DNA of 64,000 bases from Octopus sinensis (GCF_006345805.1 NC_043006.1:94364001-94428000), one strand, 5' to 3'; shown: positions 39,208 through 52,230, numbered from the stretch's first letter. Program-made: numbers and translations. The notes: generated by a model from the sequence alone, not told the origin.

Positions 39208-39582
39208 CAGAGCCGGCTTTAACCCTTTAGTGTTCAGATTATTCTATCAAACATAATGCCTATTGATTCCCATTTATTTGAATTAATCATGCATTGTCTC
39301 ATATCTTCAAGAATACTTAATGTAGAATAACATTGTAGGGTAGGTACGAGAGACTGGATCTGGTCAGTTTGAACAGAAAACAGATTAACTATTTTGGCCA
39401 GATATGGCCGGTTTAAATGCTAAAGGGTTAAGTTTGCTGGCACCCCGGGCAAGCTGAACTTTGGCGCCCTTACAAGTTTCCTTTTTATAACTTTCACAAG
39501 GGGAAAAACTGAAAATGTAGACTAAAAAGGAGATGGCGTCTCGGGCAACTGCCCGAGTTGTTGGTGCCTTGAGCCGGCCCCG
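39208..39582. mobile_element. hAT-type MITE with 8-bp TSD
   Basis: TIRs CAGAGCCGGCT / AGCCGGCCCCG; flanks ATAGTACG (39200-39207) and ACAGTACG (39583-39590). Confidence 0.75.
39223..39427. mobile_element. piggyBac-type MITE nested in the hAT MITE
   Basis: TTAA|CCCTTTAG ... CTAAAGGG|TTAA. Confidence 0.85.
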
Positions 39583-39748
39583 ACAGTACGGCAGTCACAC
39601 TACGATTTAAATGGCAGGGAGAAATCAAGAGAATACCTGAAGATCCTCGTGATATGTGTCCATGTATGTATGTATGTATGTATGTATGTATGTATGTATG
39701 TATGTATATATGTATGTATGTATGTATGTATGAATGTATGTATGTATG

Positions 39749-39779
<31 letters not shown>

Positions 39780-40193
39780 TATGTATGTATTTATTATGTG
39801 TATGTAGATAAGTAGGTAGGTAGGTAGCTAGGTAGGTAGGTAGGTAAGTAGGTAGGTTCTCTTCTATTTTTAGTTGTCGGAATTCTTCCTCTGAAGAAGG
39901 ATCTGGTTTTTAACAAAGATATAAAGCTTCATCACAGGAATGTAGATAACAAAAGCATGTCATATGCTGGCTTTTTTCCCTTTTTTTTAAGCTACAAATT
40001 GTACATGGATTGTGCGTGTTCGTTGGCTGATTACTTTTTCTGAAACATCAACACAGTGAAAGTGCAAACATAACACGCTAAATACAGTTGTTTGAGACAG
40101 ACAAGAAAAACTATGTATCGTCTTTGTAAGCCAGCTGCCTTGTTGATGTGAATATCTCTGCGAAAATGAAAGCGAGAGAGCATAACTACGAAC

Positions 40194-40354
40194 TTCTGCT
40201 CTGATGTGACACGATGTTCAATCGTTATGGACACCAATAGACGAGCGAAACGACTGGTGGAACTAAAAGAATATTTAGTGAAGAATTCTACCAGTCGTTT
40301 CCCTCGTCTTTTGGTGTCCATAACGATTGAACATCGTGTCATATCAGAGCAGAA
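40194..40354. other. 71-bp-stem hairpin (arms 40194-40264 and 40284-40354, 19-nt loop)
   Basis: Arms are reverse complements with 5 differences; 2 of them are G:U wobbles if folded from the plus strand. Confidence 0.95.
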
Positions 40355-40412
40355 ATGTCTGGCTGCACCCGAAAAAATATATATTATGAAACAGAAATAA
40401 ACACAAAATTTA

Positions 40413-41270
40413 TTACACGAATCTGTTACCACCACGACAGTCAACTATTTGACGCCGAACACGAATTTGATGTTGAATACATCCACGAATTTTCCGCTCA
40501 GATAGCTCTTCCCAAGACTGCAAGACGGCTTCGTGCAATTCATGCCTCGTTGTAGGGTTTTTCAGTTCAACTTTATCGGCCAAAACTTTGAAAATGCCTT
40601 CATCTAATGGATTTAAATCCGGGCTTTGAGGCGGTTGCAATAAAAGTTGCACTGTCGGGTGATGAGCCATTACTTCGGCAATAGAAGCATCCAAATTGTT
40701 GACAATATGTGGTCTCGCATTGTCCATTTGCAATATGCGGATCCCATGTTCTTCACAGGCTGGTAAAATATCAACATCCAGTGTGCGGCAGAAAAAAGCA
40801 CCATCGCAGCTTAAATCTCTCCAGTAAGGATCACCGCGTTGATGATATCGAGAGTTCCGTACGTATTGTCTTTGTTCAGCAACTGGCCAAAACCCAACTT
40901 TTCCACCAGGCGCGTCTCTGCTAATCACAGCGTTAAGCATAGCTTTAGGAACATGACATGGTGGGTGTTCATAAATATGCGGTGATGTTGACCGTCTGTA
41001 AATCTTCTTGCTATCCCGAAATGTATGCCACCATTTTTCATCTAAGAAACCTGTGTGTAGTCTAGCATTTGGATGTTCCTGACAAAACTGCAAACGTTTT
41101 TCCATGTTTAGGGCAGATAAAGGAGGTCTACTCATACGACCTTGAGCGCAAAATTTTAGAATATGTCTCATTATGTTTGCTGTACTGTTAGAGCATCCCA
41201 ATTCTCTACCAAGTTGTCTACTGATTGCAGTACGCCTTTCACAAATAACATTGACCATTCTTTCTTTTAA
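40413..41270 (-). CDS. IS630/Tc1/mariner transposase, DD39D type, 5'-truncated
   Basis: HTH remnant (SRQLGRELGCSNST), FLDEKWW (D116), KVGFWPV...RNSR...GD, QMDNARPH (D222), QPPQSPDLNPLDEGIF (D262). 39 residues lie between D2 and D3. No stops over ~285 codons. Residues 1-38 of the listed 324-aa ORF derive from the adjacent SINE. Confidence 0.9.
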   Translation of the reverse strand, partial: LKERMVNVICERRTAISRQLGRELGCSNSTANIMRHILKFCAQGRMSRPPLSALNMEKRLQFCQEHPNARLHTGFLDEKWWHTFRDSKKIYRRSTSPHIYEHPPCHVPKAMLNAVISRDAPGGKVGFWPVAEQRQYVRNSRYHQRGDPYWRDLSCDGAFFCRTLDVDILPACEEHGIRILQMDNARPHIVNNLDASIAEVMAHHPTVQLLLQPPQSPDLNPLDEGIFKVLADKVELKNPTTRHELHEAVLQSWEELSERKIRGCIQHQIRVRRQIVDCRGGNRFV

Positions 41271-41271
41271 A

Positions 41272-41565
41272 ACCTCGGGCCGACCAAAGCTTTGTGAGTG
41301 GATTTGGTAGACGAAAACTGAAAGAAGCCCGTCGTTTATATATATATATGTGTGTGTGTGTATGTGTGTGTGTTTTCCCCCCAACATCGCTTGACAACCG
41401 ATGGTGGTGTGTTTACGTCCCCGTACCTTAGCGGTTCGGCAAAAGAGACCGATAAAATAAGTACTAGGCTTACAAAGAATAAGTCCCGGGGTCGATTTGC
41501 TCTATTAAAAGGCGGTGCTCCAGCATGGCCGCAGTCAAATAACTGAAACGAGTAAACGAGTATAC
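41272..41565 (+). mobile_element. SINE family A lacking its head, fused to the transposase fragment
   Basis: Starts abruptly at cctcgggccgaccaaagc and continues to the normal tail. Confidence 0.9.
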
Positions 41566-41601
41566 AATCGCGTATATTGTAAGCGTGTGGGTATGAGAGA
41601 G

Positions 41602-41643
<42 letters not shown>

Positions 41644-42311
41644 AGAGACAGAGAAAGAAAAAAGAAGAGAGACAGAGTGAGAGAAATTTAAACAGCTGTA
41701 TCCTTCTTAAGTATCATCTCTCCTTAAAACTAAAAGCCATATCCGGCTTGAAGGTTCCCAACCAAAATGTACTTTTTTTTTTACATCTTTTTCTGTACAG
41801 TTATGAAAGATAAGTTTAAGGGTCATGGAAAAAGGGCGGAGATGTTGAAATAGAGGACATAACAGAATGGAGACAAAAGTGGCGATGACGAAAGAAATAA
41901 CTTGATGGGGCTTCAGGGAGCAGGAAGACAAAATAAGAGGAATAAATTACTGGTAAGTCAGAAAAGAGAATATTCGGCCGGATGTGAAATACGATAACAT
42001 TTTCTTTAGATTTTTTTGGTATTATTGTTTAACCCCGATTCCAGACCCAGGGTCGTCGGTGTTCCACCCACGACCACCCTCCTCTACATATGTATGCATG
42101 TATGTGACTGTGTGTATGTATGTATATATATATATATATATATACATACCAAATATATACGTTTTATTTATTATTTTGCACATTACTTAATCATTGGTAT
42201 ATGTTTTTATCTTATATTTAATTTTTTTCTGTAGGATGTAACTTTTTTCTATATGGTATAATTTAATTTTTTCATTGTTCAATTGATAAAAGGTGTTTTT
42301 TTCTAATTTAT

Positions 42312-42380
<69 letters not shown>

Positions 42381-42844
42381 AGAAAGTATTTTATGCTTCG
42401 AGCCTAGGCTCTTTGACAGGAACGAACACAGAAATAAACAGGGAGAGAAAATAGAAATATATGTATGTACCGGTGTTTAGGGGTCACGAAGATAATGATC
42501 AATAGATAGTTAGCATCCAGCATACAATTGGCGAGTCTGGAACATTCAAAAGAATATTAATCAGTTAATAAATTTACTGATCAATATCTGAAATTAACTT
42601 CCCTTCCGTAGCAATGTTTTCGAATAAATTTTGATGAGATGACAAGCGCTATTCAGTTGCAATTCAACAGAAATACACGTTTGCGTAACATGCAGGGAAG
42701 CATGGAGAATCGCTTTCTTATTACGAGACGGTGGTGCTGCAGCATGGCCGCAACCACATGGCTAAAGTGCATAAATGAAAATAAAAGGCTATATATATTT
42801 GTTCATTACAATATAGATGACGCATGGGACATGCTGGCTGGAGA

Positions 42845-42984
42845 CACATAACCTCTTTACTAATGGAAGTTTGCTCGCAAACACACAACATAGTTTCTGC
42901 TCAGGGAGGAGCTGTCTCACGCAGCTATCACAACATAACTATTGGGTGCTGAAACAGCAGCTTGACCACTCAAATGTGGATGTG

Positions 42985-43015
<31 letters not shown>

Positions 43016-44180
43016 TATACCGACTTTGCCAAGGCCTTTGACAAAGGTGATCACGGGATGATATTTCACTAACTACATGACCTTGGGATCACTGAAAAAT
43101 TGCGTAAGTGGCTGCACGGCATTTTAAAAGACAGAAAGCAGACGGTTGTAGCTAAGGCTGCTTTCTCTGCAGAGACCTCAATCTGCAGTGGGGTTCCTCA
43201 GAGAACTATACTGGGACCAATATTGTTTATAGTGGTTCTTTCAGACATGCCCTCAGGCGTAGTTAGTCACTATCACCAGTTAAACTGATGATACTAAGTC
43301 ATCTCAGGTACTCAAGGACCCTGATGGACATAGTAAATCTGCAAAACGACCTACATGCAATATACAATTGGGCTGATGGAAATAACATGCAGCTCAATAC
43401 TGTTAAGTTTCAAGCACTCCACTCCGAACTCACAAACAGAATGAAATCGGAATACATAGGACCAGGGGGCAGGGCAATCCCAGAGTTAGAATCAGTTCAT
43501 GATCTGAGAATCCATATGAGTAGTGATTCCATATGCATATTACCAAGATGGCAACAGTAAGCAGGCGAGAAGCAAGAAGGATCATTAGATCATTCAGAAC
43601 CAGAAATAAGGGTATTCTCCTACCCCTATGGAGAACTGTTGTACTCAGTCATCTGTATTACTGCGCTTAACTGGTGGTGGTGGTGGAACTTGAGGCAATC
43701 CAGCGCCAACACACAAAGAAGGTTAACTCGGTGAAACAGATGATCTACTGGAAGAGGTTACAAGAACTAAGACCCTAGCCCCTGGAGGGATGGCGAGAAA
43801 GGTATGACATGTTTTACATATGGAAGGTCCTGGAAGGTTTAACTCTGAACTTAAAAGCTATAGCAACCACCGAAGTAGACGGAACTGCATTATGCCAAAT
43901 ATCCCATCTTCATTCCCAATGATGACCCAGTATTGCAACAACTTGGGTTTCAGGGACCACAACTGTTTAACATCCTGTCGAGAAGGAAACGTTCATAAAG
44001 CACTTGGGACAAAATTCTATCTGAAGTCCCAGATGAGCCCACATCGCGGTAGGAGGCACGAAGTAGAGCAGCTTCGTCCAACTCGCAAAACCAGTACAGA
44101 AAGACTCCAAAACACTGAAATGCAATGCTCCAGCATGGCCCCAGCCTCTGGCTTAAACCAGTAAAAGAATAAAAGAATAT
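42845..44180 (+). pseudogene. 5'-truncated, decayed CR1-clade LINE (RT domain to 3' tail)
   Basis: TQHSFCSGRSCLTQL...NVDVIY[(TA)n]TDFAKAFDKGDHG...SGVPQRTILGPILF...DDTK; 3' part homologous to 26030-26335. Confidence 0.9.
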
Positions 44181-45134
44181 ATACCTACACATTCATTCAC
44201 ACATACATACACACATACAAACACACACACACACACAGGCACATATATACACATGCATGCATCCATATACACACGCACACCAACACGTAGGTATATATAA
44301 GTATGCCAGTATATTTATCGTATATAAGCACGCACACATACACACACAAACACACACTAACACGTACACAAACACACACACACACACACGAACGCACGCA
44401 CTAACACACACTCACATATACAGACGCACATCTGCACATGCATTTGTAAATATAAATATGCGTGTCCGCGTCAGAATATATTAATATATTTCTAAAAACG
44501 GTGGAAGCAGACACTCCCATTTTGTGTTTGAGAAATAATTCTTCCGTTCCATTATTCTACGCCCACGTATACCCACACGCACACCCGTTCACCATGCCCA
44601 CCACCACCAACAACAACAATAACAACACCACCATCAGCGAAACCACCACTACAACCACCGCCACCACCACCACAACCACCACCACCACCACCACCACCAC
44701 CACCACCACCACCACACCTCCACCACCACCACCACTACCACCACCACCACCACCACCACCACAACAACAACAATAACCGCACAAGCAGCAAAATATTAAA
44801 AACAGCCGCAGAAATACCACACCCATATCACGCAAACATTGTCATCACGAGAACACCATACCGATTCTACGCCGGCACCAAAATTGAACCAACACCAACC
44901 TCAACACCAAGACAAACACTATACCACGGCGCCGACACGAACTTAAGCTTGCGATGAGACTTAAGCTTGCGATGGTAAATTTAACTGTAGCATCCGGTTT
45001 ATCAACTCCACATGGCCCATGGGATGTGTCTAACTGCTTCGGCTCTGTTGTAAAGCATTCGGCCCATATCTCTTACGTCCGTAATGAACACCAGGACTCC
45101 TATTCCCTGGGCTTATCCTAGATTCCAAGCGTAT

Positions 45135-45360
45135 AAGTGACGGAAACTACGAAACCCCCACCTATCCACCCGAACGGGACGCCAGTCCATTACAGGGTTA
45201 ACTTCCCGGCTATCGTGGGAACTTATTTACAGCTGAGTGGACTGGGGCAATGTGAAATGAAGTGTTTTGCACAAGAATACAACATACCGCTCTTTCTGGG
45301 AATCGAAACCGTGATCATAATACCATGAGTACAACGCTCTGACTACAAGGTCACACGCCT
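45135..45360 (-). mobile_element. tRNA-derived SINE related to family C
   Basis: cagctgagtggactggggcaatgtgaaatgaagtgttttgcacaagaatacaac...gggaatcgaaacc block. Confidence 0.65.
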
Positions 45361-46219
45361 TCATGTGTTTGGTTTACAGACCATTTCTTCCTTCTTTCTT
45401 ACCAGACTCGCAGGCTGCCACAAAGGATCATTGGCACTTCATATTGGCGACACATTTTATAAGATAATAATAACTCTCTTGACACATTAATTACTGTTAA
45501 AAGATTAAATACCATAACATGTGTCATTCTTTTTAATTAGTCACATGACTAACTGTACGCGGAGTCATCAGATATCAAAAATAAAACAGCCAAATATTCA
45601 TGAAAATTAGAATTCACATAATTTTGCGACGTCGCCAGAAAATATTGGCGATTTCTTAGAATGTCGCGACACGGAATTTGGAAACCTTTTTCCTAAGACA
45701 GTGAGTGGCTTATGAAGAATCTATTGTCTTAGAACACAAGAGACTTCAAAGTGGATTACGATAGTGGAAAAGTGGTTTCCAAGAACACAAGAGTCTCCGA
45801 AGGATCCAAAGTGGGATCCGATAAAAAAAAAATGGGTGTGCTGTGAAATAAAGTGTCTTTTGATAAAAGCAATTTTTTGACCTAATTTTTTTTCAGAGTG
45901 TGGCCATGTTGGGGCACTGGCTTCGAGGGTTTTAATCGAACAAACGACTCCGGTATTCATGTTTTTGTTTTAAGACTGATATTTATTCCAGGAACTTCTA
46001 TTGCACCCAGAACCATCTATTTAGGAAACAAGCTTCTTGCTATACAGCCACTCCTGCCACTGGTAAGAATATATTTCATAAGACAGTACCATTCACCATT
46101 TTAAGGATAATTGCTTATGTCCGCTTATTTAGATAAATTCTTTGACAAAAATGTTTTCATTTTCCAATTTTTTTTGTGTCTTTTACTTTTTCTCTTGTTG
46201 ACATCATAAAAATTTATCA

Positions 46220-46655
46220 GGCTTGGCTATAGTAAGAAGCTCGCTTCCCAACAACATGGTTCCGGGTTCAGTCCCACTACTTGGCATCACTACTGTGATC
46301 TGTTATAGCCTCAGGCCGACTGAAGCCTTGTGAGTGAATTTGGTAAGCGGAAACTGAAAAAAGCCGCGCGTGCGTCTGTGTGTTTGTGCGTGTGTGTGTT
46401 TGTGCGTGTGTGTGTGTTTGTGCGTGTGTGTGTTTGTGCGTGTGTGAATATATGTATATGCTTGTCCCCTCCACCATCGCTTGACAACCGATGTTTGCGT
46501 GTTTACGTTCCCGAAACTTAGCGGTTCGGCAAAAAAAACGATTGAATAAATACTAGGCTTACAAAGTATTAGTCCTGGGGTCGATTTGTTCGACTAAATG
46601 CGGTGCTCCAGCATAATCGCACTCAAAATGACTGAAACAAGTAAAAGAGACAAAA
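46220..46655 (+). mobile_element. SINE family A with internal deletion
   Basis: Head, body and tail are recognisable. Confidence 0.85.
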
Positions 46656-46779
46656 GAAATAAACTTTTGACAGGACCTGAAATTAATAATTTTTTTATTT
46701 GGGAGCAGTGTATCTCGAAGCACTCATAAGGCTATAAATAGTCGGTCCTACTCTAGGTACATAACAGGAAATTAAGTGA

Positions 46780-46945
46780 GAGGGTATAAGTCGGTTACAT
46801 TGGAACCATTGCTCAACTGATACTTAATTCATCGACCTTGAAAGGCAAAATCGACCTCGGCAGAGTTTAAACTCAGAATGTAAGGATGGACGAAATGCCG
46901 TTAAGCATTTCATCCGGCATGTTGACGATTCTGCCAGTTTTCCGC
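46780..46945 (-). mobile_element. SINE family B, diverged
   Basis: gaaaggcaaaatcgacctcggcagagtttaaactcagaa...ctgccag. Confidence 0.75.
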
Positions 46946-46949
46946 TTTC

Positions 46950-47089
46950 ATGACGACGACGACGCTGACGACGAATACGATGATGATGATGATGATGATG
47001 ATGGTGACGATGATGGCGATTACGATGACGACGAGGACGATGATGACGACGATGACGCTGATGACGACGATGTTGATGATGATGATAAC

Positions 47090-47126
<37 letters not shown>

Positions 47127-47699
47127 GTGATGATGATGACGACGACGATGATGATGATGATGATGTTTATGAAGATAACGATGATGATGATGATGATGAC
47201 GACGCTAACGATTACGACGATGTCGACGATGATGATGATGGTGCTGATGGCGATGAGGGTGTATAAGCGTTTCTCCGTGTGAAACCAAGTTTGTGGGGGG
47301 TGAGGGGTGACCAGCCTAAGGCATTGAAAAGCATCTCACCGCCCACGCAACAAAGACAAACACAAAACAAAAGAATAACAAAAACCGATTCTCACCCTCT
47401 AAAACCACCACCACCACCACCACCACCACCGCCGCCACACCCCCAGTTCTGCTGCCAACTAATTTAGTGGAAATAAAATGTAAGAATGATAAACAAAATT
47501 GCCATCATGGGGCGGCGGCATCTTGTGGTGATTGCATGGTTGGAATGGTGGAGGCGAGAGAAGGAAGAAGAAGGAGAAAATGCTGGGAAATAAATGGTGG
47601 TGGTGGAGTTGGTGGTGGTGGTGACGGTGATGACAGAACAGGAAATATCATATTGGTGTGGGTGGTGCTGGGAGGTGGCAGTTGTGAGGACGATGATGA

Positions 47700-47733
<34 letters not shown>

Positions 47734-48140
47734 TGTGGTAGCAGTGATGATGGTGACGGTGATGGAGATGATGATGGTGGTGATGATGATGATGATGATG
47801 ATGATGATGACGATGGTGATGATAATGGTGGGGTGACAGTGATGATGGTGATGATGATAATGATGATATTCGTGACAACGGAGACGATGATAAAGATGAT
47901 GGTAACGTGGCTGTGTGGTAAGCAGTTTGCTTCCCAACCACACGCTTCCGGGTTCAATCCCAACGTATGACACCTTGGGCAAGTCTTCTACTATAGCCTC
48001 GGGTTGAGCAAAGCCATGTGAGCAGATTTGGTACACGGAAACTGGAAGAGAATTCTCGTATGTCTACCTCCCACCTCTCCCTCCCTCCCTCCATACCTAC
48101 CTACCTACCTACCTACCTACCTACCTACCTACCTACCTAC

Positions 48141-48180
<40 letters not shown>

Positions 48181-48377
48181 ATAATCAGAAAATAGAGAAA
48201 AGATTTGGTACACGACGAGCTTCTTTCAGTTTCCGTCTACGAAATCCACTCACAAGGCTGTGGCCGGCCCGAGGCTACAGTCAAAGAAGGTACCACGCAG
48301 TGGGACTGAACCTGGAACCATGCGGCTGGGAAGCAAACTTCTTACCACACAGCCACATTTATGTGTGCGCGCACCAT

Positions 48378-48412
<35 letters not shown>

Positions 48413-49660
48413 CTTTGTGTATGTCTTTGTCCTGCGCTATAGCTTGACAACCGGTGTTGGTGTGTTAACGTCCCTGTTACTTAGAACCCGATAGAATAAG
48501 TAGCAGATGTATAAAGAAAATGATTACTGGCGCCAATTAGTTCGACTCAAGATGGTGCTGCAGCATGGCCGCGGTCTCATGACTTAAGGTAGAAAGGTCT
48601 GGTAATTGGTGATGCTGCTGCTGTTGGTACTAGTGGTGTCGGTGGTGATTAGTGCTGTTAGCGAGTATAATGGTAAGGGCTACGGTTAAGGCTCTAGTTC
48701 TGGTGGTGGTGGTGGTAGTAATATCAACGATGGTGGCGGTTATAGTAGTAGTAAAAATAATATTTGTGATAGGGTTGGGGGCGATTGTGATTACGATGCT
48801 GGTGGAGATGGTTGTGTTGGTGGTAGTACAGGGTGTAGTGGGATAGTAGTAGCGGTGATAGTGGTGGTCGTGGTGGAGTTAGTGGTGGTACCAGCAGCAA
48901 CATCACCATCATCATCAATAGTAGTAGCTGTAGTGGTGGTGATGGTGATGGTGATGGTTGTATGAGATGATCGTCGCTGTGATTTAAAATGTGTGTGAGC
49001 TGGACGGAGATAACCGGAAATTGCCGAAGATGAATCAAGAAATGCAAAATGAAAAAAAATAAGGTAATACGAAACAGTTCTAAAATGCAAAACAAAGAAA
49101 AAAAAACAGTAGCGGTGGTAGTTGTAGTGGTTTGGACTGGAGAGTGGAGCGTAGAGGGGTCGTAGTATGGAGTTTGTATCAGGGAGGGTGGAGGTGGTAG
49201 CTATGGAGTGTGGGATGGAGGGGAAAGTTTAGTTGCGTTGTTAGGATAGAGGTAGTTGTTGAGGTAAGAGTAGGAGTGGTGGTGTAGCAAAGTTGCTGTT
49301 GTAGTAGAAGTTGTAGTTGGGGTGGTGGTAGCAGTAGTGGCATTTGTGGTGGTGATGGCGGCAGTGGTGGCAAATGAGAGTGTGTAGTACTAGTAGGAGT
49401 AGGAGGAGGATGGGGAGGAGGAGGAGGAGGAGGAGGCGAGGAGGGGAGGAGGAAGGACGAGGAGAGGAAGAGGACGAAAAGGGATAGGAGGAGAAGGATG
49501 AGGTGGATGGGATGGGGAGATGCAGAAGAGGACAGCGACGAGGAGGAAGAGGTCGGAGAGGCAGTGGATGGAAAGGAGGAGGAGCAGGAAGTGGAAGAGG
49601 TAGAGAAGGAGGGGAGAAAGATGAGAAAATGAGAAGTTGTATACTGCAGTAGTAAAGGAA
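46950..49660. repeat. Low-complexity field of degenerate (GAT)n, (GGT)n, (CCA)n, (GAG)n and (GTA)n with SINE fragments
   Basis: Direct inspection; ORFs are open on both strands and in several frames, as expected for trinucleotide repeats. Confidence 0.9.
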
Positions 49661-49880
49661 CATTTATTTCTTTATTGCCCACAGGGATAGGGGGGGGGAC
49701 AAATAAGGACAAAGGGATTAAGTCGATTATATCAACTCCAGTGATTGACTGGTACTTATTTAATCCCTAAGGATGAAAGGTAAAGTCGACCTCGGCGAAA
49801 TTTGAACTCAGAACGTAACGGCAGACGAGATACTGCGAAGCATTTCGCCCGGTGTACTAACGTTTCTGCTAGCTCACCGC
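49660..49880 (-). mobile_element. SINE family B
   Basis: Reverse complement of the family B consensus. Confidence 0.85.
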
Positions 49881-49897
49881 CTTAATAATAATAACAA

Positions 49898-49996
<99 letters not shown>

Positions 49997-50445
49997 TAAT
50001 AATAATAATATGTGAAAGGAGTATTATTAAACAGTAGCGATATAAATAGCTGCTTGACTCAAGGTCAACCCTAAACGAACAAATCTGTAAACGCAGGCGT
50101 TCCAACCATGCACATCGCATCTTTTACAACAGTAATGTAAATCTGCGTTAGCCAATGTCTGTTACTTCCACTGACATGAAGATTTGGCTGCCTTTTCTAG
50201 CAGAACTAGTGTCCGCACCGATGCTTTTAATCAATTGACATTGAAAGATATTGTTACCGAAATCGCTGTGTGAGGAGACAGACAATGAGAAGCGTTCCAG
50301 CCATGACCTCACGGTTTCTATCATAGGCGGTGAGGATTCAGCTATTATATTATCCGGCGTATGCTTTTCTGTTGAAAAGACAGATTTGAAGGACGTGGAG
50401 ACACCACAAATCTATTTCGTATTTCGGTGATGGTTATGGCGGTGA

Positions 50446-50478
<33 letters not shown>

Positions 50479-50480
50479 AA

Positions 50481-50516
<36 letters not shown>

Positions 50517-50616
50517 TATTCGTGGGCGGGTTAGATCGGTGACAGCGTGTTGAAATTCAAACCCACAAGACAGAAAGACGGACAGATGACCGTTTGTCAG
50601 TCAGTAAGTCAAACAG

Positions 50617-50668
<52 letters not shown>

Positions 50669-50977
50669 GGGGAGAGAGAAAGTGAGGGAGAGAGACAGGG
50701 AGAGAGGGGGGGAGAGAGAGAGGATGAGAGTGTTGGGAGAGAAAATACGGTAGGCAGCGATGTTGATGATGGGGTTAGCTTGGTTGTCAGAGCAAAAAGA
50801 TCCAAAAAAGGAAGCCGGAAGATAAAGACTTGAATCGGTAAGGATAAAAGACTGAATATCTGGACAGATTTAGGTCAGTCTTCATTTAACGATCAGCTTC
50901 TTTCTTTCTTTTCTTCTCAAATATTTTTTTTCTCCTTGGTTTAACACGTTTTGTTGTTAATATATAAAGCGTGCAAA

Positions 50978-51552
50978 GGCGGCGAGCTGGCAGAAACGTT
51001 AGCACGCCGGATGAAATGCTTAGCGGTATTTCGTCTGTCGTTACGTTGTGAGTTCAAATTCCGCCGAGGTCAACTTTGCCTTTCATCCTTTCGGGGTCGA
51101 TAAATTAAGTACCAGTTACGCTCTGGGGTCGATATAATCGACTTAATACCTATGTCTGTCCTTGTTTGTCCCCTCTATGTTTAGCCCCTTGTGGGTAATA
51201 AAGAAATAGGTATTTCGTCTGCCGTTACGTTCTGTGTTCAAATTCCGCCGAGGTCGACTTTGCCTTTCATCCTTTCGGGGTCTATAAATTAAGAACCAGT
51301 TACGCACTGGGATCGATCTAATCGACTTAATCCCTTTGTCTCTCCTTGTTTGTCCCCTTTATGTTTAGCCCCTTGTGGGCAATAAAGAAATAAGAAACGT
51401 TAGCGCGCCGGACGAGGTGTTTAGCGGTATTTCGTCTGCCGTTACGTTCTGAGTTCAAATTCCGCCGAGGTCGATTTTGCCTTTCGTCCTTTCGGTGTCA
51501 ATTAAGTAAGTACAAGTTACGCACTGGGGTCGATATAATCGACTTAATCCCT
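50978..51552 (+). mobile_element. SINE family B trimer
   Basis: Three cores; junctions aagaaatag|gtatttcg (~51209) and aagaaataa|gaaacgttagc (~51395). Confidence 0.9.
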
Positions 51553-51959
51553 CTGCATGCCCGTTAATACCAATAGAAGTAACTCTCTGCTCAACGCATG
51601 AACGTGTGAGGCAGGTTTAGAAATTTGAATTTGAGATCGAGAAATACGAATAGGTCATTCCATTACAAGCATGAAACGCAAATGTATCTGTAAAAATGTT
51701 CCACGCTTACTTAGCTTCGTATCATCCCTAATTAAGGATGATAATCAAAAATGTACCGGCCGTTGCACAATTGGATGACGGGGTGTGATTTACAGGAGGA
51801 ATAGCTGCTATTACTTGCAGGTTAAACAACCACCAAGAGGCCTGTCTCAGGCGTTGGGTTGTTGTCTTTCAGTAAGCAGGCCAAGCGCTTATTTTCTTTC
51901 TTCGTCTGTCTTATCAGTTGGTTTGTTTTCTTTTCTTCACTTCACTCTTTGCTCTCTCT

Positions 51960-51996
<37 letters not shown>

Positions 51997-52167
51997 TGTT
52001 CTATGTGCCTCTTCTTCTCCCTCTCTTGTATTTCTCTCTCCTAACTCCTCACTCTCTGCTTCCCTATCTGTCTGCCGTCTATTTGCTTGTGTGTTTGTCT
52101 TTCTAAGTTTAAATATCTCTCTTGCAAACACTCACTGCTCCTGATGCAAACACATTCAAATTCACAA

Positions 52168-52230
<63 letters not shown>

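Noticed and set aside
40200-40262. CTGATGT...GAAAC within the hairpin as a hammerhead
   Set aside because: A9 is absent, stem II cannot form, and the apparent stem I pairing is simply the inverted repeat.
46886-47282. Poly-Asp ORF resembling an acidic biomineralisation protein
   Set aside because: It starts inside a SINE B copy and is a degenerate (GAT)n tract open in several frames, with no splice or domain context.
50978-51552. Regularly repeated ~190-bp units as a CRISPR-like array
   Set aside because: The units are whole SINE bodies with no unique spacers, and the context is eukaryotic with no cas genes.
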